Shown here: piece after piece, positions 39,319 through 50,011 of the stretch
Layout of the letters: each line of letters starts with the position of its first letter
How positions within the stretch are numbered: the stretch's first letter is position 1
Assembly (NCBI GenBank): GCA_018335795.1
Contig: JAGXRP010000033.1
Location: 5,973 to 69,972, forward strand
Length of the DNA stretch: 64,000 nucleotides
Direction: 5' to 3'
Source: Desulfobulbaceae bacterium
Lineage (GTDB): Bacteria; Bacteroidota; Ignavibacteria; Kapaibacteriales; UBA2268
The notes under the pieces: generated by a model
Told to the model about the DNA's origin: nothing
The model's database searches: none
Seen by the model: only the letters and a program-made list of their open reading frames with translations
Translations under genes and position numbers: made by a program

Positions 39319-40398
39319 TCACTTATTGTATGGCTTACCCTTGATTTTCAAAATTGTGTAATCCAAACTGCTTGAATCTAATTTTTCCAATTTGTCAGTT
39401 GAATTTACTATCTCGACACTATATTCAAATGTTTTGTTGGGTCCTGTAAGTAAAATATCATTTGGGAAGTGTATTTGCTTTTTTTCTAACTTAGCTTGAA
39501 ATAAAGAGGCATCTTTTTCAATAGTCGTAGGCAAATAAGGAACAATTTCATTCATATAAATTTCACGAATCGCTTCGTCGTGTAAATATGCATTAGCAAA
39601 CTCATCGGGCTTTACTTCAGGTTCATCATTTACAGTAAATTCTTGCTTGAGTAGCTTAAGTAAATCATCTTTCTCACTCGAATTTTCGACAAATTTCTTA
39701 ATAAAATCATCAGTGGAATCATAAAATCGCTTTGATTGGATTTTGCTGTTAGTTTCTACCGAAAAGCCCAGAAAATCTTTGTAAAAATATTCTGCAGGTT
39801 TGGAATCAACCGAAAATTGTTCGTCATAAATAAAAGCTTTCCATTGACTATTTGGGTAATCAAGTTCCATCTCATCTTCGATTCGTCTTTGTAAAAGTGC
39901 AAATTTGAATTTTTTGGATGATGGGTCGAGAAAAATATCATCGAGATACTTGATAGTTGATTCTCGATTGTGAATTTCATACCTTAACGCAGAGAGTAAT
40001 TCTGCTTTAATGACAATTGGCAGTGGATAGCCGTTTTCGTCTTTAGCATCAATCATGATAAGATAACCGCCGGGAATTGTATTCACAGTTTGTGCTTGAG
40101 CGAGTTTCATTGCCACTTTGATTGAAGCATGTATAAATCTTTCATCCGAATGTTCATTCACTTCATTTACCAAACCAAAAAACGAATCGGGATAAGAATC
40201 GCTAATGAGTAATTCAAATGATTTGCCCTTCTTTTGTGATGCTTTGGCAAGTCTTTCGATGATTACCTTCAGCACTTGGTCCGAGAATCGGAATAAATTC
40301 TCATCTGTTATGACAGTTGCATGCTCAAGCCCATCGTTTTTTGCAACTATCTGATGCAATATAATTCGGTTGATAGTAATGTTATAAAAGTTAGTCAC
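39319..40398 (-). CDS. Nucleoid-associated protein NdpA/YejK family (putative)
   Basis: N-terminus ITINRIILHQIV matches the YejK start (INQIALHQLI). The PGGYL and DFLGFS blocks match the YejK GGFV and DFLG blocks. 359 aa. Confidence 0.55.
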   Translation of the reverse strand: MTNFYNITINRIILHQIVAKNDGLEHATVITDENLFRFSDQVLKVIIERLAKASQKKGKSFELLISDSYPDSFFGLVNEVNEHSDERFIHASIKVAMKLAQAQTVNTIPGGYLIMIDAKDENGYPLPIVIKAELLSALRYEIHNRESTIKYLDDIFLDPSSKKFKFALLQRRIEDEMELDYPNSQWKAFIYDEQFSVDSKPAEYFYKDFLGFSVETNSKIQSKRFYDSTDDFIKKFVENSSEKDDLLKLLKQEFTVNDEPEVKPDEFANAYLHDEAIREIYMNEIVPYLPTTIEKDASLFQAKLEKKQIHFPNDILLTGPNKTFEYSVEIVNSTDKLEKLDSSSLDYTILKIKGKPYNK

Positions 40399-40541
40399 AT
40401 TTCACTCCTAATTCTTTGGATATTATTTTCTTGTGTTGTAAATGCAAATCTTACAAAGATAATTGATAATCGGCAAACATCAGTTTAATAGAATGTCGTA
40501 TTTTTGTAAGATTGTAGTAGAAACGAAAATTAAGGAAAAAT

Positions 40542-41960
40542 ATGTACAAATTAGAAACAATTATATCATTAGCCAAAAGACGTGGCTTTGTATTCCAATC
40601 ATCAGAAATTTATGGCGGTTTGAACGGTTGTTGGGATTACGGACCGCTCGGTGTGGAGTTGCTACTCAAAATCAAAGACTCTTGGTGGAAAGCGATGACA
40701 TTCAGAGATGATATCGAAGGTGTTGATGCATCAATTTTAATGCACCCCAGAACTTGGGATGCAAGCGGGCACACTAAGCAATTCAGTGACCCGATGATTG
40801 ACAACAAAGTTAGCAAAGCACGATTTCGTGCCGATAATTTAATTGAAGAACACATTGTCAAATTACGCTCCAAAAATAAAAATGATGAAGCAGAAGCAAT
40901 TGAACAAAAACTTGCTAATATTAAAGAGAACAATGATTACCTGACAATCATACTCGAACACGGTATCAAAGACCCCGTATCGGGAACTGTGGAATGGACT
41001 GAGGTAAGAAATTTCAATCTTATGTTCAAAACCTTTATCGGACCATTGGAAGAAGCAAGCAGTGTCGTTTATCTTCGCCCGGAATCTGCGCAAGGTATTT
41101 TTGTGAATTTTAAAAATGTAGCTGAAACTGCACGTCAAAAAGTACCTTTTGGTATAGCACAAATTGGCAAAGCATTTAGAAATGAAATCAACACTAAGAA
41201 TTTTCTATTCCGGACAAGAGAATTTGAACAAATGGAGATGCAATACTTTGTAAAACCGGGTGCAGAGCTTGAATGGTTCGATTATTGGAAAAAGCAAAGA
41301 TGGCAATGGTACATTGATATGGGAATGGATGAATCAAAAATGCGTTGGAAAAATCATGACAAATTAGCACATTATGCTAACCATGCTGTAGATATTGAGT
41401 TTGAATTTCCATTCGGCTGGGGCGAAATCGAAGGAATCCATTCACGAACTGATTTTGACTTAAGAAATCATCAGGAATTTTCCGGCAAAAAAATGGAATA
41501 TGTAGATGCTGTAAATAACGAGCGATATTTACCATTCGTTGTTGAAACCTCCGGTGGTGTCTCAAGAGGATTGATGGCGTTTTTATGCAATGCTTATAGC
41601 GAAGAACAAGTGACTGACGACAAAGGTAATACCGAAGTACGTACTATTTTGAGATTCAGCCCCAAATTAGCTCCAATAACTGCGGCAGTTTTCCCACTTG
41701 TCAATAAGGACGGAATGCCTGAATTAGCTCAATCAGTTTATAGAGATTTACAAAAATCAATGAAAGTTCAGTATGATTCTTCAGGTGCTATTGGTAGACG
41801 CTATCGTCGACAAGACGAAATTGGTACTCCATTTTGCATTACAATTGATGGCGAATCATTGACCGAAAATACTGTTACTATTCGTGAAAGAGATTCGATG
41901 AAGCAAGACAGAATATCAATTGATAAAATCAAAAACTACATAAGCGATAAAATATACTGA
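40542..41960 (+). CDS. glyQS: Glycine--tRNA ligase (alpha2 class II form)
   Basis: N-terminus RRGFVFQSSEIYGGLNGCWDYGPLGVELL is diagnostic. 472 aa. Confidence 0.95.
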   Translation: MYKLETIISLAKRRGFVFQSSEIYGGLNGCWDYGPLGVELLLKIKDSWWKAMTFRDDIEGVDASILMHPRTWDASGHTKQFSDPMIDNKVSKARFRADNLIEEHIVKLRSKNKNDEAEAIEQKLANIKENNDYLTIILEHGIKDPVSGTVEWTEVRNFNLMFKTFIGPLEEASSVVYLRPESAQGIFVNFKNVAETARQKVPFGIAQIGKAFRNEINTKNFLFRTREFEQMEMQYFVKPGAELEWFDYWKKQRWQWYIDMGMDESKMRWKNHDKLAHYANHAVDIEFEFPFGWGEIEGIHSRTDFDLRNHQEFSGKKMEYVDAVNNERYLPFVVETSGGVSRGLMAFLCNAYSEEQVTDDKGNTEVRTILRFSPKLAPITAAVFPLVNKDGMPELAQSVYRDLQKSMKVQYDSSGAIGRRYRRQDEIGTPFCITIDGESLTENTVTIRERDSMKQDRISIDKIKNYISDKIY

Positions 41961-42045
41961 TTGATAATTAGTCCTTAGATTGAGAATCAGGAAGCTGATA
42001 TATTACTTTAGGCTAATTTTCTTATTTATATATAATTTATAACCA

Positions 42046-43689
42046 ATGATAAGATACTTATTTTATATCTTTGTTGTAAGTGCCATATTTACCAATAGTT
42101 TGCATTCCAATGAAGATGTTTATTATAAAATCAACAAATCTTTCAATATTCAGGGTGCTGTATTTAACGAATTACTCAACGGATATGCTGTTGAGTTAGA
42201 TCCGGAAATACTTATGCGTGCCGGAATTGAAGGCATGATTTCTTCACTTGACCCTTACACTGAATATTACAGCGAAAAACAACTACAAGATGTAGATTTC
42301 CTGTCTTCAGGAACATACGCAGGACTTGGGATTACGGTTGGTGTTCATGATAGTATGTTGATAGTAGTTGACGTACGGCAAGGATATCCTGCACAAAAGG
42401 GAGGTTTGAAAATAGGGGATTACATTTACAAAGCTGATACGATTGTTGTGCTAAATAAAACTTCTGCTGAACTCAGAGAATTTACCAAAGGTGAGCCGGG
42501 AACTGAGCTTTTTTTGACTATAATCCGCAAATCTTTAAATTCGAAAGACACTATACAGCTTAATTTAGTCATCGAAAATATAAAATTGCCTAATGTACCA
42601 TATTCCGGATTTGTAAATGATTCGACCGGAATAATCATACTCGAAAGATTTACAAAAGACTCCTACAAAGATTTCCGAAATGCTTTCAACAAACTTAACA
42701 ATTCCCAAAAGCTCAAAAATTTGGTAATTGATTTACGAGATAATCCCGGTGGATTACTCGAAGAAGCAGTTTCAATCTGCGAATTATTTTTACCTCCAAA
42801 TAGCTTAATTGTAACTACGAAATCACGCGAAAACGAAGTACTATTTGAGTACATTTCTCGTCAAACACCACTTGATACAAATATCAGGATTGCAGTGTTA
42901 ATCAACCAATCATCTGCAAGTGCAAGCGAAGTATTAGCAGGTGCTATTCAAGACCATGATAGAGGCTTAGTAATTGGTCAGCAATCATTCGGCAAAGGGC
43001 TCGTCCAATCAGTTGTTAGCTTGCCATATGGTGGTAATCTTAAGATTACTACTGCAAAATATTATACTCCATCCGGTAGATGTATTCAGAGAATTGGTTT
43101 CGCGGAACAGTATGCAAGTATGAAAATTCAAGCTATCGTTGATTCGACACAATTCCAGACAAAAAATGGCAGAATTGTTTTCGAATCTACAGGTATCAAA
43201 CCGGATAGCATTATCAGTCCTCGTGAACCACAAGAATTGATATATGATTTGAACCAAAAGCAAATTTTCTTTGATTTTGCAAACCAATATGCCACAACAA
43301 TGAAATTGCAAAAAATCGAATTTGTTCCTGAAAAGTCATATGAAAGATTTGTCAAATATTTGAAAGATGTAAAGTATGATTTTAAGTTCCGTTATGAAGA
43401 AGAATTGGATGAAATTAATTCCGAACTTGAGAAACAGGGATTAAAATCTGCATCTTCGACAAAAATTATCGAACAATTGAAAACTGAATTAGCAAAAAAA
43501 GACGAACTGTTGATAAATAATTTGAAAGAAGATTTGACAGAAATACTCGAACATGAGATTTATCGTCGCTCAATGAATGAAGAGGAATTTTATTCATATA
43601 TTATGAGCAGAGACAGGTATGTCAAATCGGCAGTTAGTTTGATGAGCAACAATTCTTACAAATCTTTGCTTGCCAAAGAAAACGACTAA
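42046..43689 (+). CDS. S41 family C-terminal processing (tail-specific) peptidase with PDZ domain
   Basis: PDZ region GGLKIGDYI; catalytic region DLRDNPGGLLEEAV...SASASEVLAGA...FGKG. 547 aa. Confidence 0.9.
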   Translation: MIRYLFYIFVVSAIFTNSLHSNEDVYYKINKSFNIQGAVFNELLNGYAVELDPEILMRAGIEGMISSLDPYTEYYSEKQLQDVDFLSSGTYAGLGITVGVHDSMLIVVDVRQGYPAQKGGLKIGDYIYKADTIVVLNKTSAELREFTKGEPGTELFLTIIRKSLNSKDTIQLNLVIENIKLPNVPYSGFVNDSTGIIILERFTKDSYKDFRNAFNKLNNSQKLKNLVIDLRDNPGGLLEEAVSICELFLPPNSLIVTTKSRENEVLFEYISRQTPLDTNIRIAVLINQSSASASEVLAGAIQDHDRGLVIGQQSFGKGLVQSVVSLPYGGNLKITTAKYYTPSGRCIQRIGFAEQYASMKIQAIVDSTQFQTKNGRIVFESTGIKPDSIISPREPQELIYDLNQKQIFFDFANQYATTMKLQKIEFVPEKSYERFVKYLKDVKYDFKFRYEEELDEINSELEKQGLKSASSTKIIEQLKTELAKKDELLINNLKEDLTEILEHEIYRRSMNEEEFYSYIMSRDRYVKSAVSLMSNNSYKSLLAKEND

Positions 43690-43754
43690 AACACAAAAAA
43701 TATACGTAGACATAAAGCGTCTTATCTCCATTACATAATTGGGTATCTGAAAAA

Positions 43755-44615
43755 ATGAGAATTACTAAACAATATACAAATCGCGAAAGTCAGTCATTAG
43801 ACAAATATTTGCAAGAAATCGGCAGAGTAGATCTATTAACTACCGATAATGAAATCACACTTGCTCAACTTATTAAAAAAGGTGGGAGCGAAGGTTATTT
43901 TGCACTTGAAAGACTTGTAAAAGCTAACTTGCGATTTGTAGTATCTGTTGCTAAACAATATCAAAATCAAGGATTGAGTTTAGGCGATTTAATCAACGAA
44001 GGCAATTTAGGTCTGATAAAAGCGGCAAAACGTTTCGATGAAACTCGTGGATTTAGATTTATTTCTTATGCTGTTTGGTGGATTCGTCAATCAATTTTAC
44101 AAGCTTTAGCTGAACAATCTCGAATCGTAAGATTACCGCTTAATCGTGTAGGTGCATTAAATAAAATTGGGAAAAAATTCTCAGAATTAGAACAAGAATT
44201 CGAACGTGAGCCAACAGCAGCAGAATTAGCAGAACAGCTAAATATGAGCGTAAATGAAATTTCTGAAACTATCAAAATTTCAGGAAGACATCTTTCGGTA
44301 GATGCACCATTTGTGCAAGGTGAAGATAATAGATTGCTTGATGTATTGCCCAATGAACAACAACCACCACCTGATTCTGAACTTATAAGAGAATCACTCA
44401 GAGTAGAAGTACAACAAGTACTAACAACGTTGTCACTTCGCGAAGCTGACGTTATCAAGTATTATTTCGGGTTAGACGGACAATGCCTTACACTCGAAGA
44501 AATCGGAGAGAAATTTAATCTTACACGTGAACGAGTGCGTCAAATAAAAGAAAAAGCAATCAGAAGACTCAGACACGCTTCTCGCTCAAAAACATTAAGG
44601 TCATATTTAGGCTGA
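43755..44615 (+). CDS. rpoD: Primary RNA polymerase sigma factor (short SigA/RpoD type typical of the Bacteroidetes/Chlorobi group)
   Basis: Region 2 [19 protein letters not shown]...[13 protein letters not shown], region 3, and region 4 [29 protein letters not shown]. 286 aa. Confidence 0.85.
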   Translation: MRITKQYTNRESQSLDKYLQEIGRVDLLTTDNEITLAQLIKKGGSEGYFALERLVKANLRFVVSVAKQYQNQGLSLGDLINEGNLGLIKAAKRFDETRGFRFISYAVWWIRQSILQALAEQSRIVRLPLNRVGALNKIGKKFSELEQEFEREPTAAELAEQLNMSVNEISETIKISGRHLSVDAPFVQGEDNRLLDVLPNEQQPPPDSELIRESLRVEVQQVLTTLSLREADVIKYYFGLDGQCLTLEEIGEKFNLTRERVRQIKEKAIRRLRHASRSKTLRSYLG

Positions 44616-44621
44616 TATTTA

Positions 44622-45584
44622 ATGAAAGATAATATAGATTTGTTGCCTCACAGAGACGAAATAATTGAAAAACCAAAATTCAATATACCCGTAAAAGCAA
44701 AACGCAACAACCCCGAACTAAAAACAACTGTTGGAAAACGCCCGGAATGGCTCAAAGTAAAAGCACCCGGCGGTGAATCCTACGCCTTTATCCAAAATCT
44801 GATGCGAAGTAAGTCTTTGCATACAGTTTGCGAAGAAGCGCATTGCCCTAATATTGGCGAATGTTGGGCTCACGGAACAGCAACTTTTATGATACTTGGC
44901 GATACATGTACTCGTGCTTGTAGTTTTTGTGCCATAAAAACCGGCATTCCCCACACTATTAATAAAAATGAACCTTATGATGTTGCGATGTCTGTTAGAA
45001 AGATGGGCGTCAAACATGCTGTTGTTACATCAGTAAATCGTGACGAGTTGAAAGACCAAGGTTCTACAATTTGGGCAGAAACAATTTACCGTATTCGCGA
45101 ATTAAACCCCGATACTACTATTGAGGTTTTGATTCCCGATTTCAAAGGTGATACAAAATGTTTGGATAGAGTTATCAAAGCTTCACCTGACATTTTAAAT
45201 CATAACATGGAAACAGTCCCAAGATTATACAAAAAAATCAGACCTCAAGCAAAATATCAACAATCTCTCGATGTTTTAAGATATTGCAAAGATGCAGGAC
45301 TTAGAACTAAATCAGGCATAATGGTTGGTATAGGCGAAACTGACGATGAAGTATATGAATTAATGAAAGATTTGGTAAAAATAAAACTTGATATAATGAC
45401 TATCGGGCAATATTTACAACCATCAGTTAATCATACTCCTGTAGACCGTTTTGTAACGCCACAGCAATTCAAAGAGTTTAAACGAATTGGCGAAGAAATG
45501 GGAATTGGTCACGTAGAATCAGGTCCTCTTGTCCGAAGTTCTTATCATGCTCATGAGCATGTCAAAGTCGAAATCCGCACTTAA
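44622..45584 (+). CDS. lipA: Lipoyl synthase
   Basis: Auxiliary cluster motif CEEAHCPNIGEC and radical-SAM motif CTRACSFC. 320 aa. Confidence 0.95.
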   Translation: MKDNIDLLPHRDEIIEKPKFNIPVKAKRNNPELKTTVGKRPEWLKVKAPGGESYAFIQNLMRSKSLHTVCEEAHCPNIGECWAHGTATFMILGDTCTRACSFCAIKTGIPHTINKNEPYDVAMSVRKMGVKHAVVTSVNRDELKDQGSTIWAETIYRIRELNPDTTIEVLIPDFKGDTKCLDRVIKASPDILNHNMETVPRLYKKIRPQAKYQQSLDVLRYCKDAGLRTKSGIMVGIGETDDEVYELMKDLVKIKLDIMTIGQYLQPSVNHTPVDRFVTPQQFKEFKRIGEEMGIGHVESGPLVRSSYHAHEHVKVEIRT

Positions 45585-45697
45585 AATCATTTTTACTAAT
45601 ATTTTTAAAATCAAATTTAACTTTGTCAATCCATAATCGTCCATTATGGTGGCATGACTTTTGTTTTTATTAAGAAAATTTATTATATTAGTAAGCT

Positions 45698-46114
45698 ATG
45701 GTTAAGATACATATAGAATACTTAAATGATTTGCACTGCAAAGTAACTCACGGTCCTTCGGGACAAAGTTTTTTGACAGATGCACCTCTTGATAATCAAG
45801 GCAAAGCCGAGTATATTTCACCTACCGACTTGCTTGCTGCATCTATTGGCTCTTGTATCGCAACAATCATGGGAATAAAAGCTCATGATATGGGTGTGGA
45901 TTTAGAAGGGTTGAAAATTGATGTAACAAAAGAAATGGTGCACGACCCTCATCGTCGTGTAGGCAAATTAACTTTGGAAATCCAATATCCCCGCAGATAC
46001 GACTCAAAAACTCAGGAAATCTTAAATAATGTTGTCAAGATTTGTCCTGTCACTCGTAGTTTAGACCCGAAAGTTATTTTTGAACCAATTTTCAGTTTCG
46101 CCGATGAAAAATAA
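45698..46114 (+). CDS. OsmC/Ohr family peroxiredoxin-like protein
   Basis: Two conserved cysteines (SIGSCIAT and KICPVTRSL) in OsmC-like spacing. 138 aa. Confidence 0.75.
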   Translation: MVKIHIEYLNDLHCKVTHGPSGQSFLTDAPLDNQGKAEYISPTDLLAASIGSCIATIMGIKAHDMGVDLEGLKIDVTKEMVHDPHRRVGKLTLEIQYPRRYDSKTQEILNNVVKICPVTRSLDPKVIFEPIFSFADEK

Positions 46115-47393
46115 AATTATAATATATGGCTTCTTGCTATCCTTGTTTATATTGCCGAAATTGTACAGCCAATACGACAACCAAGCTATTGAGTTTTACA
46201 ACGAAGGTTTAGGATATTTGCAAGATGGAGAAAATGAAAAAGCGATAGAGTTTTTTGATAAATCTATCAATGTAGATTCAACCTTTGCTGAAGCATTTAA
46301 TGCACGTGGCTCAGCACTTTTCAATCTCAAGCGTTACCAAGAGGCATTAGATGATTTTACTTTAGCTATCGAACTTAAACGTTCTTTTTCAGGTGCATAT
46401 CATAATCGTGCTTCAACTTATCGGGAGTTGAAAGTTGCCGATAAAGCCCAATCAGACTTGGCAAAAGCTATTGAAATCGAACCCGGTAATCATAATTTAT
46501 ACTATAGTAGAGCGAATTTCTATGCCGAAATGGGGAAGTTTGATTTGGCACTAAATGATTTGGATAAAGTAATCTCAATCCAAACTGATGATTATAAGGC
46601 ATATTATACCCGTGCTACGGTATTTTATGAAACAAATGAATTAGAAAAAGCACTAATTGATTTGAATAAGACTATCGAACTTAATTCACAATTTGTAGAA
46701 GCATACCAACTGCGTGGTCCAATTTTTCATAAACTCGGTAATTTAACTTCAGCAATAAGTGATTATAATAGAGTTTTGGAGCGTGAACACGAAAATAATA
46801 CTATGTTCAATAGAGCCATTGCAAATTCTGAGCTAGAGCATCATGATTTGGCAATTAAAGACTTTTCACATCTTATTAATATCGGCTTCAATCCAAAATT
46901 ATCATATTTTAACCGTGCAGTTATTTATTATAATTTGGGTCAATATGATAGAGCATTAGAAGATTATAACGCTGTATTGAAAATTGAGCCGAAGGATATT
47001 GATGCCTTAGGAAATGTTGCCATAATATATTATGAATCAAAGAATTACGATGATGCTATAATGATTTATAACAAGTTAGTAGATTTAAGTCCAAATAATT
47101 CAAACTTTTATCAAAATAGAGCTAACGCCTTTTTTAATTTAAATAAATATGACAAAGCAATAAGTGATTATTCTTTAGCTATCAATTTAGATAAGAAAAA
47201 TGCCGAACTATATTTCAATCGTGCTAATGCTTATAAACAAATCAACGATTTTGAAAATTCTATCGAGGATTTCAGACAATTTCTCGATTTAGCGAGATAC
47301 GATAATAAATTAGTTACTTTTGTTCCTTCAGTCGAAATTGAAATCAAAAACCTTGAATTAAAAATAGCAGATAAAATCTCGAATCAAAAATGA
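46104..47393 (+). CDS. Tetratricopeptide-repeat protein with signal peptide
   Basis: About 10 tandem TPR units (repeated A..Y.NRA...L..Y..A..D). ATG at 46104 gives a signal peptide; the listed 46080 start overlaps OsmC. Confidence 0.8.
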   Translation: MKNKIIIYGFLLSLFILPKLYSQYDNQAIEFYNEGLGYLQDGENEKAIEFFDKSINVDSTFAEAFNARGSALFNLKRYQEALDDFTLAIELKRSFSGAYHNRASTYRELKVADKAQSDLAKAIEIEPGNHNLYYSRANFYAEMGKFDLALNDLDKVISIQTDDYKAYYTRATVFYETNELEKALIDLNKTIELNSQFVEAYQLRGPIFHKLGNLTSAISDYNRVLEREHENNTMFNRAIANSELEHHDLAIKDFSHLINIGFNPKLSYFNRAVIYYNLGQYDRALEDYNAVLKIEPKDIDALGNVAIIYYESKNYDDAIMIYNKLVDLSPNNSNFYQNRANAFFNLNKYDKAISDYSLAINLDKKNAELYFNRANAYKQINDFENSIEDFRQFLDLARYDNKLVTFVPSVEIEIKNLELKIADKISNQK

Positions 47394-48877
47394 AATATCC
47401 TAAAATTGCTCTACATTATCAAATTCTTTTGGCACTGGTACTAGGAGCAATTTTTGGTGCTTATTTCAAAGTTGACCAAAGCGCCCTGATTGTCAATCAT
47501 TCTCACGAAAAGAATGATATTGAAACTAAAGTTGAAGATTGGAGTAGTATTTCATTTGTAGATAGTTCAAACCCCGACAGCGTTTTGGTAAAATTCGACA
47601 AATTCAACCAACAAGCAATCATCCGATTTTTCAAAAAGTATGCAAATCAATCTAATCTTTTAATCCAAATTGAGCATGATAACGGAAAGCAAAGCACGAT
47701 TAACACAATCCAAAGCATCAAAAAGAAGCCCACAATAGCTACACGCCTTAAGCCTATTGGTGATTTATTTATTCGACTTTTGAGCTTTTTGGCAATACCT
47801 CTAGTTATATCATCGTTAATAATCGGCGCCTCAAGTCTTGAGGATATAAAAAAGCTTGGCAGAATAGGAACTAAAACTTTTACTCTTTATTTAGCAACTA
47901 CGGCAATAGCTATTACGATTGGTTTAGTATTGGCAAATGTTATTCAACCTGGCGAAAAAATTCATGAGGATACCAAAGAAAGACTCATGGCAGCATATAG
48001 CGAGGAATCCTCCGAGAAAATTGTTTCAAATCTTGAAGTTGATATTATAGATTTCTTAGTGAATATTGTCCCTAAGAATCCATTCGAAGCGATAGCAACA
48101 GGGAATATGCTTCAAATAGTATTCTTCGCTGTTTTCTTTGGTTTAATGTTGACTTTCATTAAAAAAGAGAATGCTCAACCGGTTATTGGATTTTTCTCGG
48201 GAATGAGTGATGTAATGGTCAAGATGGTAGATTTCATAATGCTTATGGCTCCTTTCGGTGTTTTTGCATTAATAGCAGCAACTGTTGCAGATTTTGGATT
48301 TGAAATTATCTCAACACTCGTATGGTATATTTTCGCTGTTTTGCTTGGATTGGCACTTCAAACATTATTAATCTACCCGACAATTTTGAAAATATTTACA
48401 AAACGAAAAATAAAAGATTTCTTTGTAGGTATTAGAGATGCTCAAATAATTGCATTTTCAACAAGCTCGAGTGCTGCTACTTTACCAATAACAATGGAAT
48501 GTGTTGAAGATAATTTGAAAGTTCCTAAGCGTATTTCAGGATTTGTACTTCCACTCGGGGCTACTATTAACATGGATGGCACAGCGTTATACCAAGGGGT
48601 AGCAGCTGTTTTTATAGCACAAGTATATGGAATTGATTTGTCAATCACTGACCAATTAACGATTGTTCTAACTGCAGTTTTGGCATCTATTGGTACTGCA
48701 CCGGTACCGGGAGTGGGTATAATAATGCTTGTTATGATACTTCAATCAGTCCATATTCCACCACAAGGAATTGCTCTAATCTTAGGCGTAGATAGGATTT
48801 TGGATATGGCACGAACTATAAGCAACATTTCCGGCGATGCTGCCGTCGCAGTTGCTATTTCAGATTCAGAAAAATAA
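47390..48877 (+). CDS. Dicarboxylate/amino acid:cation symporter (DAACS/GltP family) with an extended TM1-TM2 loop
   Basis: Conserved blocks PLGATINMDGTALYQGVAAVFIAQ and GVDRILDMARTISNISGDA. ATGA overlap with the TPR gene stop. Confidence 0.85.
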   Translation: MKYPKIALHYQILLALVLGAIFGAYFKVDQSALIVNHSHEKNDIETKVEDWSSISFVDSSNPDSVLVKFDKFNQQAIIRFFKKYANQSNLLIQIEHDNGKQSTINTIQSIKKKPTIATRLKPIGDLFIRLLSFLAIPLVISSLIIGASSLEDIKKLGRIGTKTFTLYLATTAIAITIGLVLANVIQPGEKIHEDTKERLMAAYSEESSEKIVSNLEVDIIDFLVNIVPKNPFEAIATGNMLQIVFFAVFFGLMLTFIKKENAQPVIGFFSGMSDVMVKMVDFIMLMAPFGVFALIAATVADFGFEIISTLVWYIFAVLLGLALQTLLIYPTILKIFTKRKIKDFFVGIRDAQIIAFSTSSSAATLPITMECVEDNLKVPKRISGFVLPLGATINMDGTALYQGVAAVFIAQVYGIDLSITDQLTIVLTAVLASIGTAPVPGVGIIMLVMILQSVHIPPQGIALILGVDRILDMARTISNISGDAAVAVAISDSEK

Positions 48878-48881
48878 ATTT

Positions 48882-49853
48882 CTACTTGTTTACTTTCTTT
48901 TTTAACTCTTCTTTTGCTTTTTTGTTCTGTTCTCTGAACGCTAAGCGACCGATACCTGGTTTGATATCATCAATTACAAAATCTGTAGAATTATAATGCC
49001 AAATCGGTAGCTCTGTATTATCAGGATATTTCAATTTCATTTTTTGTTCAATATTTGCAAAATGATGAATCGGCAAAAAATCAATAGATGAAATTATCAT
49101 ATTCCCTGAACCGTTCAATATCGCATCAATCCTCATTTTAGTATCATCCGAGATAACTGTTACGGCTCCTTGAGCAGTACGAATAAATCTGAATCTGACT
49201 GATTCGTGGTCTAAGGTATCAATAGGACGTTCGGCTCTAAATAAAAAAGATTGTCTAACGAGTGGGAAAGGACAACCGTTTTCAACTAAAGTATCCAAAC
49301 TGTTGATACTCCAAGATTCATTAATGAATTTGTATGAATCGCCAAATGGTACGAAAAGTGAAGGCTGGAATGCACCACCAGGAGACATTGAATATAAAGT
49401 CGAATCATCAATAGCAACTCTATGTCTTCTACCAATTGAATCTATGGTTAGATATACTTGACGTCCAATCCAAGTATGTGTTTCTCTTCTGACAGGTTGC
49501 ATATTGCCTTTTCTTTCGTCTGCAATGTAACTTTTAAGACTCATTCTGAGATAAAAGTTGCCATTTTTTGATACAGAATCACAAATGATTTCATACAATT
49601 CAAATCGAGTTTTAACAATAGCAGCATCATAATCAACAATTATACTGTCGTGAGATGAGACTCTATATCTAATTGTATCGCCTTTGAAGAACTTGAGTTT
49701 GAACTCTTGGATTTCTTCAATAATCATATCTTGTTTAGGGTCATAGTTTTCATCAATATCGCTTTCATCATAAAAAATTTGGCTATACGTTAACTGTATA
49801 GTTAGAGTCAATAATAATGTGGTAATCTTGAGAAGTTTTAACATTTGATTCAT
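48882..49853 (-). CDS. Hypothetical secreted protein (323 aa)
   Basis: Signal peptide; no recognisable motif. Confidence 0.45.
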   Translation of the reverse strand: MNQMLKLLKITTLLLTLTIQLTYSQIFYDESDIDENYDPKQDMIIEEIQEFKLKFFKGDTIRYRVSSHDSIIVDYDAAIVKTRFELYEIICDSVSKNGNFYLRMSLKSYIADERKGNMQPVRRETHTWIGRQVYLTIDSIGRRHRVAIDDSTLYSMSPGGAFQPSLFVPFGDSYKFINESWSINSLDTLVENGCPFPLVRQSFLFRAERPIDTLDHESVRFRFIRTAQGAVTVISDDTKMRIDAILNGSGNMIISSIDFLPIHHFANIEQKMKLKYPDNTELPIWHYNSTDFVIDDIKPGIGRLAFREQNKKAKEELKKKVNK

Positions 49854-50011
49854 TTTTTTTTTACATTATAAATATTCTTAAATACACTATTCAAGGCACT
49901 TTTTATTTTAAGACGTTTGAGCTTAATAATTGGAACATAATTTGAGCGTTAAATCATTATAAATGCATAAATTTGTAGTTGTTTTTAGGACATTAGGGGG
50001 GATTTATTTAC

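Noticed and set aside
40399-40541. T-box leader upstream of glyQS, and the 82-aa ORF at 40463-40711
   Set aside because: The leader is only about 140 nt, too short for a T-box, and no specifier-loop or antiterminator motif is visible. The ORF overlaps the glyQS start in another frame and looks spurious.
45585-45697. Hairpin CCATAAT-CGTCC-ATTATGG after lipA
   Set aside because: The 7-bp stem is weak, with 9 nt before any T-run, so it is not convincing as an intrinsic terminator.
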